A stretch of 63,996 nucleotides of DNA, filler included, from Sphacelaria rigidula (lineage: Eukaryota), in assembly GCA_964200075.2 (NCBI GenBank). It is 3 parts of 3 records of this genome, joined end to end, with 100 filler letters (N's around TTAATTAATTAA, not from the genome) between each part and the next. Parts side by side here need not be neighbours in the genome. Positions count along the whole stretch, not along the records: positions 1 to 21,423 come from CAXNAA020000423.1; 2 more parts are not named here. The stretch is one strand, 5' to 3'. Position numbers and translations under genes: made by a program. Under the pieces are notes generated by a model. That model made no database searches and was not told the origin of the DNA. It saw nothing but the letters and a program-made list of their open reading frames with translations. The first letter of the stretch is position 1. Every line of letters starts with the position of its first letter. This document shows positions 1 through 13,600 of the stretch, piece by piece.

Positions 1-199
1 GGGGAAATAAGTTTTATTTCCTCGCAAACGAAACCCCGACTCCCTGCCCGGCGCTCTTTGCATTTTTTTTGGTGTTCCCCCCCCCCCCCCCCCCGTAAAA
101 TCACCGAAAAGACGAAACCGGATTTCTTGATCAGAAGACCCGAAAATTGCAGCATTTTTGTTGTTGTCAGGCCACTTCTTATGTGTGAAAAAGCAAGTT

Positions 200-590
200 G
201 CTGAAAACTACTTTTTGGTCCTTCTGCGTCGTTTCACGCCCCAAGAGAGGACTAGGCGGATATTGACACCTTGAAATGACTTGCTCTACTCGTTGATACC
301 GTTGGACACCTTTGCGTTTTCCGGTGGCCGCAGTTTTGTTTGGCGAAACGTAACATTTTCGATAACCAACGGTCAAGTTATAAAAAACTGGTATCTCGTT
401 TGCTGCTTTCTTACAACTTGACCGTTTGTTTTCGAAAACTGCAATTCTCTTCAACAAGAACAACTACGTTCACCGGATAACGCAAAGGTGGAACGATCTC
501 AACGAGTAGAGCACGTCATCCCAAGGTATCAACATCCGCCTAGACTTCTTTTAGGGCGTAAACGACAGGGCCACAAAGGCAGCTTCCAAC
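200..590. mobile_element. Palindromic MITE/foldback element, copy 1
   Basis: Left arm (actaggcggatattgacaccttg...tctactcgttga...cacctttgcgttttccggtg...cggtcaagtt) is the imperfect reverse complement of the right arm (aacttgaccg...caccggataacgcaaaggtg...tcaacgagtaga...caaggtatcaacatccgcctag). A related copy lies at 18.2-19.3 kb. Confidence 0.75.
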
Positions 591-1630
591 TCTTTTTTTT
601 CTTGCACATGAGACGTGGCCTCAAGGCGTGAAATCGATTTTTTTCAATGATGGAAACTTGGAACTGTGCAAAAACGAGATGTCGCTCTACATGTCTATGG
701 AGGAGGCGAGGGGTGGGGGGGGGGGTGTACTCATGACCATGCATGCCATAGTCAGGGGGGGGCAGTACTTGTAGCATGAGCGTAATTGTGTCGACGTAAG
801 AAGCACTCTACGCTACATGTGCGATCGATAGCTGTTGTTCACAACAAGGGTGTCATGGGCATCAATGCCCAGGCTTAACATCAATCGCTTTGTATAGAAC
901 CAGGCAAAGGGGGGCACGTTTGCTTTTTTCCCGGTGGCTAGGCATACCGTATACGTGACGAATTGTGTTTTGTCCTCGCTGAACACTTCGTTCACACCTT
1001 CGGTAGAATAATTCGGTCGAGTTTTGCTTCGCCACGTACGGTCTTCCTTAACATTTTTGTGGTTCGAATCGCGCCCCGGAGCCATTCGGGTCTCTCCTCT
1101 GAATTGGCAATCAGAAAACAAGCAACAACGCGGAAGCAAACAAGCAATAAACAGATGCATATTAAAATGGCGAGTGATGATGAGGATCCTTGACGGACAC
1201 CAGATGGCGTATCCCCTGGCAGTTATGGACATGGGTGTGCGTGCACATGCATTGGAACGTGGGGGTACCTGGTAATTAACATGGATCCTCTCGGGTAGCT
1301 GCTGTCGTCCATGTTGCAACAACGCGGACGTCACGTCAACACATGTATTATGACCATTGTTGGCTATTGTTCATGACCCGCTTGAGCCAACATCATCGCG
1401 TCACAGAAGGCACACAAATATTGAGGCGCTACTGGCTAAACAGGCAGGTTCGATCACTCGTGGACACTCCGTAACGGAAGGTTCAAGAGTGGCTGGTGAA
1501 GAATGCTCTTACTCTCCTGGTGTCAAATCATTTTCACTAACAGAGGTGACATGAGTGTAGTTTCAATCAGGGTCTTCTCGACACAAAAATGTCGAATAAT
1601 ACGAAGTAGCGTGCAATTTGTCGGCCTAAA

Positions 1631-4600
1631 TTACTTGCCCACCGGCGTCTCACCTGCCTCTTTCCTTTCCCGTTCGGCCTGACCCAACTCCTCCAGAGCG
1701 TGGTCAGCCTCCTTGTCTTCAGTCGCAGCGGTTTCCTCCTCTTCTCCCCATCGCCGAAACACGCATGTCATGTCAGCGAGTTGCATATTCTTCAACCGAG
1801 TGTTGTAAACGGCAAGATTCTTGACCGCGAGAGTTCCCCACCTCCCGCCGCCCGCCCCACCAATCGACAACACATCCTCATTTCTCACCAACAATCCTGA
1901 TGTGGTATGGCAGGGCGCGGAGCTTTCCTCTGCTGCTGATGATGATTTTGTGTGGTCCATATCTTCCAGGGGGAATACGTTTCCGTCGAGGAACAGCACC
2001 ACTTCATCACTTTCCGGGTCGACAGCTAAGGCGAATGAGTGCCATGCGCCTGAATCACAGGGGATCTCGCCGGCGACTTGATATGGTATGTTCCCCTCCC
2101 GGTTCTCTTCTTTCTCCTCTTTTTCCTCTTTCTCCTCTTTTTCCTCTTTCTCCTCTTTTTCCTCGCCTTGCTTTGCACTCGTCGCCTGATTTTCGGGGTT
2201 CAAAGTTGGTCGTCGACGTTGCTGACTGCCTGGTGTATCAGACTGGCTGCAATTTAATGTGACGGCTCGCGACCCCGCACGTGCAGAGACGGCTTGCAGA
2301 TACCACGTCGTAGAATAAGGTCCATCGATGGCGTCATTGCTCATCATGGGAACTTTTGAGGATGGAGAGACTCGCTGATTATTGTCCTCTCGGGAAGGAT
2401 TCGCATCCGTGCCGTCTGCGCCATCGGTGATGACTTCTACTGGTTGTGGTGTCGACAAGCACAACGATGTCCAGATCTCCAAGTATTCGCCCCAGGCGGC
2501 GATCCGTACTTTCTTCTCACGAGGGTTTCCCCCAGCCGTTCCGCCGCATGCGGGAGGTTTGCTATTCTCATTATTACTGTCACGAGTAAGAGTTTCCAGA
2601 TCCAGTTCTAGTCTGAAATCAAGGTGGAAGGTGAAGGGACGGGTCCGATCTGTTCTCGACGTCTCTGTCGCGCCTGCCTGGCCGATGTGGGTCTCGTTCT
2701 GTGGCGTCGTCGTCGGAACATTGCCTTCCTGTTCCTCCTCTCCGTTAGGCTCTCTGCCGCCGGTGCCTCCTCCTCCTACGTGCTCGTCATGAGTCTTGTC
2801 AGACGCTGTACCCGCAGAAAAAACATTCGAAGTGGCGATCGAAACGTCTCTGCCTGCCTCAAGAATTAGACATCGGTTCGACCCTAGCTCGCCCGAGATT
2901 GTCTGCCATAGCGCATCCAAGGCGCCGTCCTTGATTCCGTCCTTCTCGGACGCATCTGGTGCTGACCCAGAAACAATGCGTAGACGTCCATCGCACCCTT
3001 TTGGCCAGCAACGCTTATCCAGCACGAAATGATGTATCAATCCATCAGTCGGGAATCTTCCGAGACTCTCCGAGATATCGGTGGCGTCTGGTCTGCGGAC
3101 GAAGAACGCAATCGAGGGACCAAGCTCCGGTGGCGATGTTCCCGGCGTGATCTACGTGAGGCAACATTTGTTGATCATCACGGGCAGAAAGTTGGTAGAG
3201 CGCGACAATCGTAGAGCTGATGCCGCGGAGATCCTTCTTTCGAGCGTTAATACCTCGAAAAGCAATATGATGCGGCATGTTCCGCAAGTGGGCGCTTGTG
3301 GACGACGGAAAACAGGTACGCATAGGTGTGCGATGCTCGCCACAATCGCTGGGTGCAATGGCTATAGACTCGGGGAAGTGTGTAATGTACTGTGGCAAGC
3401 GTTTGTACACCTCCGTGTGCCACACTCTTCTAGAGCAGGAGCACGTCCACTACAGTTCGTAGCAATGGTTGTTCTGTGCCCATACTGCTCTGGACCAATG
3501 CCTAGGGCCTACCCGGTGTGTCCCAACGCCAGCACCATTAACCTGTGTCTAGACTGTGGGCTGAACCAAGACGATGTGACAAGCGAGTCATACGAGCTCC
3601 TTCACAAAGGGAGGAGCATACTGTTGTCGGGCGAACAGCTGCTCAACCCGAAGTGGTACATAACTCAACTCATGTCGACCAGTAGTTGTACACTAGACCA
3701 GATGAGGTTGCTGGAGGAGAAGTTGTTCGGCACTGCTATGGCACGCAACTCCTCCACACGAGGTATGGGTGCCAACATAGCGTCTCGGACAGTGCGGAGC
3801 GCTCTCTCAACAGACCTACTGTACGCTAAGCCTATACTACAGCTCGGGTCGTACAACATTGGTGAGTATGCGTGTAAACCATATACAACATACCAATGTA
3901 TGAAAAAAATCGACTCATGGGAACAAGGCGGCGTGACATGTACCTGGTGCAGTGACACAGACAAAGTCCTTCCACTCTCTTCGGAAACGACGTCCATCTT
4001 AGGCAACGGCCTTTTTCGAGGTTCCCCCTCGTCGTCACCCGCCAGAGCTTCTGGGATTTGATCCTTCGCATCGACGGGGTCCTGTGGTGTATATAAGCAA
4101 GAAAAGGTAGAACTCAGAAGCCAGAGGCGGCTGAATGGATCGCGTCAGGGCCGCGTGGGCAGAAAATTGACTCACCGTAGTACTCCAAACTACGTTCACC
4201 TTGTGCGATAGAAAACACGCCAGACCACACGTACTGCAGGGGAAGAGCGGACACTACTAGGAGATCCGGAGGTGTGAAAATGAGCGACCACCTGGAACCC
4301 GACGCGGTGTCGTCGCAGTTACGCTTGTTCGTGTTCTGTGACGTCTCTGCACTCCCACCTCTTTCGCTTCGGCGCCTCGCACACAGCGACACCACAAGAA
4401 TCCCTGGAGCGTGCCATCACTCCCGTCATATTTGGCGAGAATGCGCCCGTCGCGATCTTCTTCTCCGTCTGCTTGCTGCTGTGCTCCCTTCACAGGTGAT
4501 TTGCCCGGCTTGGCGACTCCTTTGCCCGCCTTCTTACCACCTTTAGCCCCGGTCTTCGCAGATTTATTGCCCTGACCAGCAGTTTCTTCCTTGCTAGCCG

Positions 4601-7600
4601 CCGCAGCATCAACCTTAACTTCCCACTTCGAAGGTGGTGAAGCAACCCGCCCGTCCTTCCATTCACCGGCAAAAGAAATTCCGGTCATGCCGCAGACGTA
4701 CTTTCCCCCAGTTCCACTCTTTTGACCGTCTTCAAATGGACCTTCGAAGGTGGTTCCGTCAGGATATACGACGCTCCCGCAACCATGCGGGTGCCCGTAG
4801 GCGAATTCTCCTGTGTACTGGAAGCCATTTTCCAGTACAAGTCGACCCTTACCATGGTACCTATCATGGGAACCATAGAAAACACGTCGGAATCAGGGTG
4901 TTCATGTTAACGAGTACGCCCCCAATCTTACACCGACGTGGGTGCACGTCGTACCGTACACCCCAACCGACGAACGTGAAACGGCATTGTTCAGGACGTT
5001 GAAGACGAGGCGTGATGAAAAAGAAAGAGGTTTCTCCACGGAGGCTCAAAAGTACCTCGTCAATGAATGTCCTGGTTCACGCAAGAGATGAGACTTTGAC
5101 CAAGTTACGCTTCTCATCATACGGCCTTCACCGTGTGAGAGTGAGATGTGTATGCAAAAGATCAAGATGACTTGGAGCGAAGGACAACCACATACAAGAC
5201 AAACGAGAAAGCCTTCACTCACAATGAAAGCCCACTCGTAGGGGTTTGGGTAGCCCGTAGGAGCAAGAGAGCTGATGATGTCCCAAAAGCAGTACCACTC
5301 TGTCCCATAATATAAGGTCGTTTCCAGTTGAGCGTGTTGCGAATGGTTCGAAACTGCCATCCTTCGTGACAATGCTTTTGCAACAATTATAAGGCGGCCT
5401 GACACCAAAGTCCCACCTGGAACGCGGGGATGGTTCGTATCTATCCCCCCCGGGGGATACCCGGGGACGGCAGAGATTTCTCCAGTAAGGAAATATGTTT
5501 TTTTTTCAAAACGCTCTTGCGGGGCCAAAAAGTATTCTGTTTGCACCATTGTTTGTTGTTGTTGTTTCTCGTCTCTCTGGACTTCTACGCGAATGCCTAT
5601 TTTCTGTATCAGCGATGGTATCGGTGCACACCGAGTGAAATATCCAAAACTAAAAAGCCCGTCCGACTTTGAGGCAAGAGGAGGGAACTTCAAAACAAAA
5701 AAAGCCAGGCATGCGGGGAAAAAACGTGGTCATTGCGGGGCTCGAATCCAGTACAAAAATTCGACCCTGAAGTGGAGATATCCTGTTTTTTGTCCATATC
5801 GACCTTATATTATGGGACAGAGTGGTAGTTATTAGCTGCGTAGCCGAATAAGCATCTATCTAAAGGAGAGCAATCCTAACCGAAATGAGGCGACGGGGGC
5901 AGTGACGCTATCTTTCTTCAAAGCCCCAAACTCCCAGCGTATCATCGTCGGTCAACACCAACGGAAACAAAAACAAAATCAGCAACACGGAACATGCACA
6001 TGAAGATCTGGTGCAAACCTCACCAGTAATCTGGGTTCATCGAAACTGCACAATTCAGCTCAACCCTTCTCCACGGAATAACCTCGGAATCATCCATGCG
6101 CCACTTCCCAATTTACTTCCTCAAGCACAATGACCAGCACAGAGCTCACAGTGTCATATCTAAGTCTTCCAATCTAGACTGTGCCGGGCACAAAAGCAGG
6201 ATTCTCTTCAGCTGATGCATATTCGATTGGCCCACAAGCAGCACATGGCGGTCAAGGATCTCATATCTATCACACACAAGACAACACGAGCTTTCGTTTA
6301 TACGCTTTGGCATTTGCCATCAACATGAGATTTCACAAATTGAGGATGGATTGTTTTTGAGGATGAACCTTAGGAGCCTTCATAATAAGGAATTATTATT
6401 ATTTGTCAGAATCCCCCTGTTAGCACGGTATTTTCCAAATTGCGGATGTATTTGGTCTTGAGGATGAGCGAGGCCACGCATCACGGCAGGATATAGTGCA
6501 TTTGCATTTCTTTTTCAAGAATATTTCGATGCCTATTTCAGGTTTCCAAGATTCATACTCAATAGAAAATCGATCCTCAACTGGTAAAATCCGGTGTTCA
6601 TTCCCCACAAAACGCCTACAAAACACGACGACATATGACCACGTGAAACGCGTCGTCGGTACATGAAACTACTGATACCAGTATCTTTCGGTAACTTCGA
6701 GTTCCGGCGCTGAGATTCACGGAATATGTTAATGTAAACCCAAAAGCGTACCTTTAAAGTTAACATCTGACCGCATATAATGCGCCTCATATGGGCGACA
6801 ATGGCGAAAACGACCCCAAGCATAGATAGGAGTTCCCGGCTGCTCGGTGTGCTCGGCTTCTTCTTCCATTTTGATTTATATATACGTTTTGCCTCCTCAA
6901 GCCAGCCACGTTTTGAGGGAGGGCTATCACGGCATCACGAAGTATTGCAACCTAATATTAATATCTGAGGGTCGTTCTATCGGCCAGCCATCACCATTGT
7001 ACGATATATTTAATGCATACCTGACACATATTATGTCATTTTTTCTGGGTATGTTTTTAAATCAATTTGATACACAATTGGTTCGGTGGTTATCTATCCT
7101 GCTGTGCCTGTCTGTGCAGTAGCAATGATGAAGGTTCAACACATTTACTTCGTCAACTGTTCTGGTACACTAACTGATCCGCCACGAACCCACCTGTGGT
7201 CACAATATGTAGACGTATACCCAGACGTACCGAACGCAAAGAATAATCCAAATAATCGGTACAAGAGTTGATTGGGGAGAATCGGTGAGAGACGAAAAAA
7301 TCAAGCGAAAATGATGACACAGAGTGAATTGACGTGGGAACGAGGGAAAGCGTTGGTGGTAAAATCAGTCTCGAGAAGGAACCCGATTTGCCTGCCAGGG
7401 CTTCAGTGAGAGAGGTCAGCAAGGCTGCGCAGTGCCGAGTGATGCCGGGGTAGCCCTGTTCAATATAGTTGATCTACGAACATAAGCAAAAAGCATGAGC
7501 GGTGAAATTGCGGAGTATTATATTATTCTGGCAAAGTTACTGAGAACGTTCCCTGTGATCGGAGAAAGACAAATTGTTCCGGATCCCTCTATTTTGACAA

Positions 7601-10600
7601 CTATAATCGTATCTTCGCAGATCTTGCGCCGACTATAGATTTTGGATCATAGGCTGTCGTGACAGGGTAGTTAGTACTTTAAGCCCTACTCCCTCCCTCG
7701 TCTCCCTCACCTCTGTTTATCCAATTTCCCACGTGTGGATAGTAGCAATAAAGACTTACAACACATTATCATACTCTTCCAAGTTTCTGCAAGCGGGCAG
7801 TAGTCTGTTTGAGCACACAGCAAGGGGCTGATGTTGCTACAGGATCATCTAATCAACACGATCATTCGAATACCTTAGCGTTGAAGTTCGAACTTGGATC
7901 ATTGCTCTGAGATGGCGGATCAAGACAGTGCAGTGGAAGAATTGGGGGCGCTACTCGAGGCGCAGACAAGGACCTTGATAGAAAGGCTGTCACGCATCGA
8001 GGCTGCCCGGGAAAGCAGAGATGGACGAATTGAGAGTTCCGCCAGTGGAGATCAACCATCGTATCTCGATGGTACTACGGGCGTGGAGCGGGCAGGGTCT
8101 GCTTCCGGTCGTAGAGAGAGGTGGAGTCACCACCGATAACCTGCTGCCAGCTGTCGGTGAGGTTGGGATTGCAAGAGGTAGCACTTTTGCCTTGAGTCCT
8201 AGGGAAATAGGCAGCATCAAAGCTGCTGTTCCCAAGTTAGGAGGAAGTGTTGATTTTCCTTTATGGAAAATATGATTTGAGGGTTTCACTTTTCCCATAC
8301 GATTGTATGCAGGCCTTCAGTACGACTATTGATATGCCTGTAGGTGACCTCTTTGTTAGTTCACAGTTTTTGGTAAACCAAGGTTTTAGTGAGACAAGCA
8401 TGAGACGAGCACGTATTGCTTGGACGTGTTTGACAGAGAGTATCACAGACCGTGAATTATTGAGTAGGCTGTGTGACACAAACTCCCCGAGTGTAGGTTG
8501 ATGCTTTTTATGTTACTGGTTTCTCCTGAGAACTCTCTCTCAGAAAAATTGAAGTAGAAACGCCTCTCCAACGAGTTACGGATGGGAAAAAAGAAGAATA
8601 TCCGATGAAGTATTTCGCGCGCGTAGATAAGATTGCGGGTGTACTAGTATCACTAGGGCTACACATGCCTGTGGAAGATGTTAACCTCAAGATAATTGAG
8701 GTACTCACAAGCGACCATGGGTACGAACAGCGTACAATTTTGTACAGACACTACATAATCCGGGCAGAAATAGAGGCTATCGTACGGCAGAGATACACGC
8801 TCATGTCAAGGAATGGTACGAAAAAGCGTGACTTTGACAAGCTCTGGTTACAAGTAAGCCCACCCGCCGAAATCGCAATCAAGATGGCGCCAAGGGTGGT
8901 ACCAAAGGTGGTAATGGTGTTTCCAGTGGTACTGCAGCAGATAAGAACGACCAAAATAGCACCGAAAAAGTAGGCAAGAAGTACGACGACATACAAAACA
9001 AGTGTTATCGTTGCTTAGAGCCAGGACACCGATGGTTTGACTGTACCGCACACGTCATCCCAGCCCCGAAGAAATCACAAGGTGGCTCTGGTGATATCAT
9101 AGCGTGTTTGTCGATTGGTACGCAACAAAGTTAGGGGGATGCGGTAGGAAAGCGTAATAGCAGAAATGATGGTGTTAAAAGGTGGATAGCTGATAGTGAG
9201 GCAACATTTCATATGACTAAATCAGCTGCATTGCTCCGTGATGTGCAACCATCTGCGGACAAAGTTAAGATTGGTAATAATACCCTCATCGACGTTGAGT
9301 GCTACGGATCACCGACTGTAGTTTCCCCAGCAGGGCTGGAGGAGTAACAGGAAGGCTCGAGAGAAGGTTGCATATGTACCAAATTTAGCTTTCAACCCAT
9401 TCTTCCTAGTGGCTGCGCACACACAAGGAGTAGGCTTCTCGACTGATGACTTTGACAAGAGTGTGACCCTACTGGATGGGCATCTTAGGTTTTGGAGTGA
9501 TGGGCCTGGATACTCAACGTATGGTAGAACGATTGATCCTAATGATGTCTACATCCCCTTCCCTTGTTGGTTCCCATGCCTGTTGAAAATTCAGTGCAAC
9601 CAGACCCCCCAGTTCCCCTGGCGTTCCCTGTTATAGCCCCCGGTAGTGCTGACTCACGCGAGACTGCGGTAGACATCAATGTTTTCCACTGCGTACAGGG
9701 ACATGCCAATGAATTTCTATCGAGAGAGACAGCAAAATCGCTAGGTATAGCGTTACTGAGTTACTTGAAACCGTGTACAGGATGTTCCATGACAAAGGGG
9801 TACAGGAAACCAATCGCAGACAGCACGAAATCTCGAGCTTCACAGAAACTAGGAAGATTTTTTGTTGATCTTATCGGTCCTAAGGGAACTTCTTCGTTGC
9901 TTGGGAAAAAGTATGTAATGATAGTAAAGGACGATCTTACCCGGTACGCATGGGTATATTTTCTCGAGCGTAAGTCTGATACCACTGATGCTTACAGAAA
10001 GTTTTTGGTTGATGTACGTGCAGATGGTGTGCCTTCGGAAGTGATAGTAGTTAGGTCTGACGATCGAGGAGAGTTTTTCGGTGGTGATTTTGAAGGCGTG
10101 TGTGGGCACTACTGTATCAAGCAGGAATTCACCAGCGCGAAGTGCCCGGAACTGAACGGCGTTGCCGAGAGAGCTCTAGGTATCATTCAAAACGCCGCAC
10201 TTGCTGCTCGCATCCAAACTCCCATCCTCCTTCTACATGTCGAGCTGCTACGGTCGGAGACCCTCTGGGCTGAGGCGATATATTTGGCGTGTGACGCCCT
10301 GAATCATACCGCGACGACGTCCAACTCAGGTAACAAGTCGTCGTACGAGATGTGGTACGGTAAGGCAGCACTTGCATCACCACACCCATTTCTTCGTCCG
10401 GGTTATTGCCGCTGGAACCGACCGTCAGAGGTGTTCCCCAAGTGCGAGAGTAGCTCATGCGTCGGGCCCAGCATCGTCCACCCCCGCAATTCATTGCGGA
10501 TGCTGACGCGGGCAACTAAAGAAGTGGAGACGAGGGACGTCACCTGGGAGGCGCCGCCGGTCATGGTGGAGCCGCCGGTACAGCTGCAGCAGTCAGCTTC

Positions 10601-13600
10601 GCCGAAGTTGGCAGGAGCGTCGGAGCTGGGAGGGACGTCACAGCCGGGAGGAACATCGGAGCTAGGAGAGACTCCAGAATCGGGAGAGCAAGATGATTTC
10701 GATTCTGCTCCACCGACTCCATTACCGCTACTGGGGAGATGTTCCCCATCAGCGTCGAGTGACATTTCCAGAGAAGAGCGCAAACCACGGTGGCGAAGGT
10801 GAGTGGGGTTCTCTTGGCGATGGAAATCAGCCGGCCCCCGACAACACAACTGATTCTTTAGGTGTTTATTTATCATCGGGGAGTAGTGAGGCGTGTATCG
10901 ACGGCGACCTCTCAGTGGAGGAGAGCGACTCGTCTTCATCAGACGAAAGTGTTTCAGTTCCAACGGCAGCGAGGACTGCGGCGCGGCAACTCGAGTCAAA
11001 TCTGGTTGGATCTGGAAGTGACGAGGAACTTGGGCGAACCAGAGCGCAGACGCAAGCGCTCAATCAAGAAGCCTCTGCGCTCGTGACCATGTTAGGGCAC
11101 GATGAAGGGGGCGAAATAACCCATGGCCTGCTGGCGGTACAAGAGGTTACCCGTAAGCCGGGCGAGCCCCCTAAATATCTCGTCAAGGAAGCGGGGTCGG
11201 AGCCGTTGTCATACCCTGCGGCGTGTTCATCACAATACACGGATGTGTGGATAGGGGCGATGAGGGTAGAGTTCGATTATGGCTGCCGGAACGTTTGCGA
11301 AAGTGACTGACATTCCAGAGGGGTGCAACATTATGGGCGCGAAGTGGGTGCATAAGTGGAAAAGTGATTCACACGATATGATTAACCGGGGAAAAGCCCG
11401 TATGGTAGCCATGGGGTACCGTCAGGTAGAGGGGGTAAACTAGTTTGAGGCATTTGCCCCTACGGCACCTGCTACGTCAAGCAGGTTAGTGGCGGCTATG
11501 GCATGTAAGCTAGAAGTGGATTTGAGGCACTTGCATGTAGACCAGACTTTCATTCAGTCAGAGTCAGACGCCGATATATCCTTGCGCCTGCCCCCCTGGT
11601 TGTGGATCCGTATCTGGTAAGGTAGTCCGCCTTGACAAGACTTTGTACGGATTGAAGCAGAGTGGTCGTGCATGGTATCAACCATTGTCGTCAACCGTGG
11701 TGTGGTGTGGTTTCGAGCAATGCTTGGTAGATCCCTGTGTATTTCGACTGAGGGTTGCTGAAGACGTTGCGGCGATGACGGTATTCCATGTGGACGACAT
11801 CATGATAGCAGCTACTGAGGAAGTTACTGAGGTAATAGTCGGTGCACTCAATCAGAGATTCCCCACTGAACATCTTAGGGAGGTAGAGTGGTACATAGGG
11901 AGTGAGTACACAAGGAACCGAGAGAAAAGTACTGTGGAGATTTCGCAAACTCAATTCATTACGAGTGTGCTAAATCGTTTTGACGTCTCGAAGACTACCC
12001 CCATTGCCGCTACCCCTTCTCTAGACCTCAGGCATGCGCGCGAGGGAGAGACCGTGGTGGATGTGCCTTTCCGTGAGATCGTGGGGAGCTTGATGTGGAT
12101 AGCGAATCAGACGAGGCCCGATATCGCGAATGCAGTTCGGGCAGTCGCTCGAATCTCTCATGAACCTAAGCTGACTCACTTCAAGGCGGCACAGGAGATA
12201 CTCGAGTTTTTGAATGCTACGTCGGACTTAGATTTACTTTCAAAGAACAGTAGCGATTTGGGATGTGTTCAGTTGGAGTTTGATTTGGATACGTACGTTG
12301 ACGCAGAATATGCCCATAAGGCAGAGGACCGACGTTCCGTTTCCGGTGTACCTATTTGCTGCGGAGGTGCGCCAGTGTCTCTGTTCTCTAGGACGCAGGA
12401 GTGCGTCACCGTATCTACTACTGAGGCAGAGTACGTAGGAATGGAAGACGGTGTCAAGGAGACTCTGTATGTGAGGGGGTTTCTAAAGTTCCTAATGCAC
12501 AGTCTGGGGTCGAAAAGCAGTGGCGTTTTGAGGACAACAAGGGGGCAATGGACTTAGCTGAAAACCCCTTAAGCTCCTCGAACAGCAAACACATTGATAT
12601 ACGGTACCATTTTCTCAGGGAGATGCTTGCTAGCGGTGACACATCCGTGGAGTATCTTCAATCAGAAGAACAGCATGCGGACATTCTAACCAAAGTCATT
12701 GGTAGAGAGAGTTTCGAAAGGCACCATGATTTCCTCCTGGGCAGGATGAAGAATTTACCTTCTTTATTTTTTTGTTGTGGTGGACCCCATCATTTGAGAT
12801 GAGCGATGATATTAGGGAGTCCGATCTAGTGTAGTTCATTCGACGGCAATAAGGTCATACTTGGGCTTGTTAGTCGACGAAGCTAGGGAGGGTGTTCAAT
12901 ATAGTTGATCTACGAACATAAGCCAGAATCATGAGCGGGGAAATTGCGGGGTATTCGATTATTCTGGCAACGTTACTGAGAACGCTCCCTGTGATTGGAG
13001 AAAGGTAAATTGTTCCGGGTTCCTCCTCTATTTTGACAACTATGATCGTATCTGTGCGGATCTTGCGCCGACTGTAGATTTTGGATCGTGGGCTGTCGTG
13101 ACAGGGTAGTGCTCTAAGCCCTCCTCCCTCACTCGTCTCCCTCACTTCTGTTCACCCAATTTCCTACGTGTGGATAGTAGTAATAAAGACTCACAACACA
13201 TCATCATTTTCTTCCAAGTTACCGCAAGCGGGTAGTAATCTGTTTGAGCACACAGCAAGGGGCTGATGTTGCTACAGGATCATCTGATCAACACGGTCAT
13301 TCGAATAAGCCCCCCCCCCCCCCCGCCTCAGAAAAGTGTGCTGGGAGGGACCGAGACAAATCTACAACATATAACTGTAGTATGAGGTGTTTGGACTTGG
13401 TTCCTGAAACCAACTACGAGTACATCTCAGCATTCTTCAAAATGAACCCTGATAAAAGGCGTTTTCTGAAACCAGCTATTATTTTTTTCTGTATTCTTCC
13501 TTGATTCTTCCGAAAAATAAATTTTTAACACATGCTTTCTTGAACCAGACATCTGCTTTCTCCATTATTTTATATATTTAATTCTAATAAAGCCTGGTTT

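Larger units (their letters stand above)
7457..13307 (+). mobile_element. Full-length degenerate Ty1/copia LTR retrotransposon in MORN1-like intron 2, antisense to host
   Basis: LTRs 7457-7872 and 12893-13307; TSD AGCCC at 7452-7456 and 13308-13312; purine-rich tract before the 3' LTR; gag-PR-INT-RT-RH order with many stops and frameshifts. Confidence 0.97.

Noticed and set aside
3081..4061. 326-aa plus-strand ORF with CxxC motifs
   Set aside because: Antisense to MORN1-like exons and intron, with no recognisable domain.
5046..6385. Additional genes inside MORN1-like intron 2
   Set aside because: Stop-riddled or motif-free frames; possibly TE relics but not identifiable.
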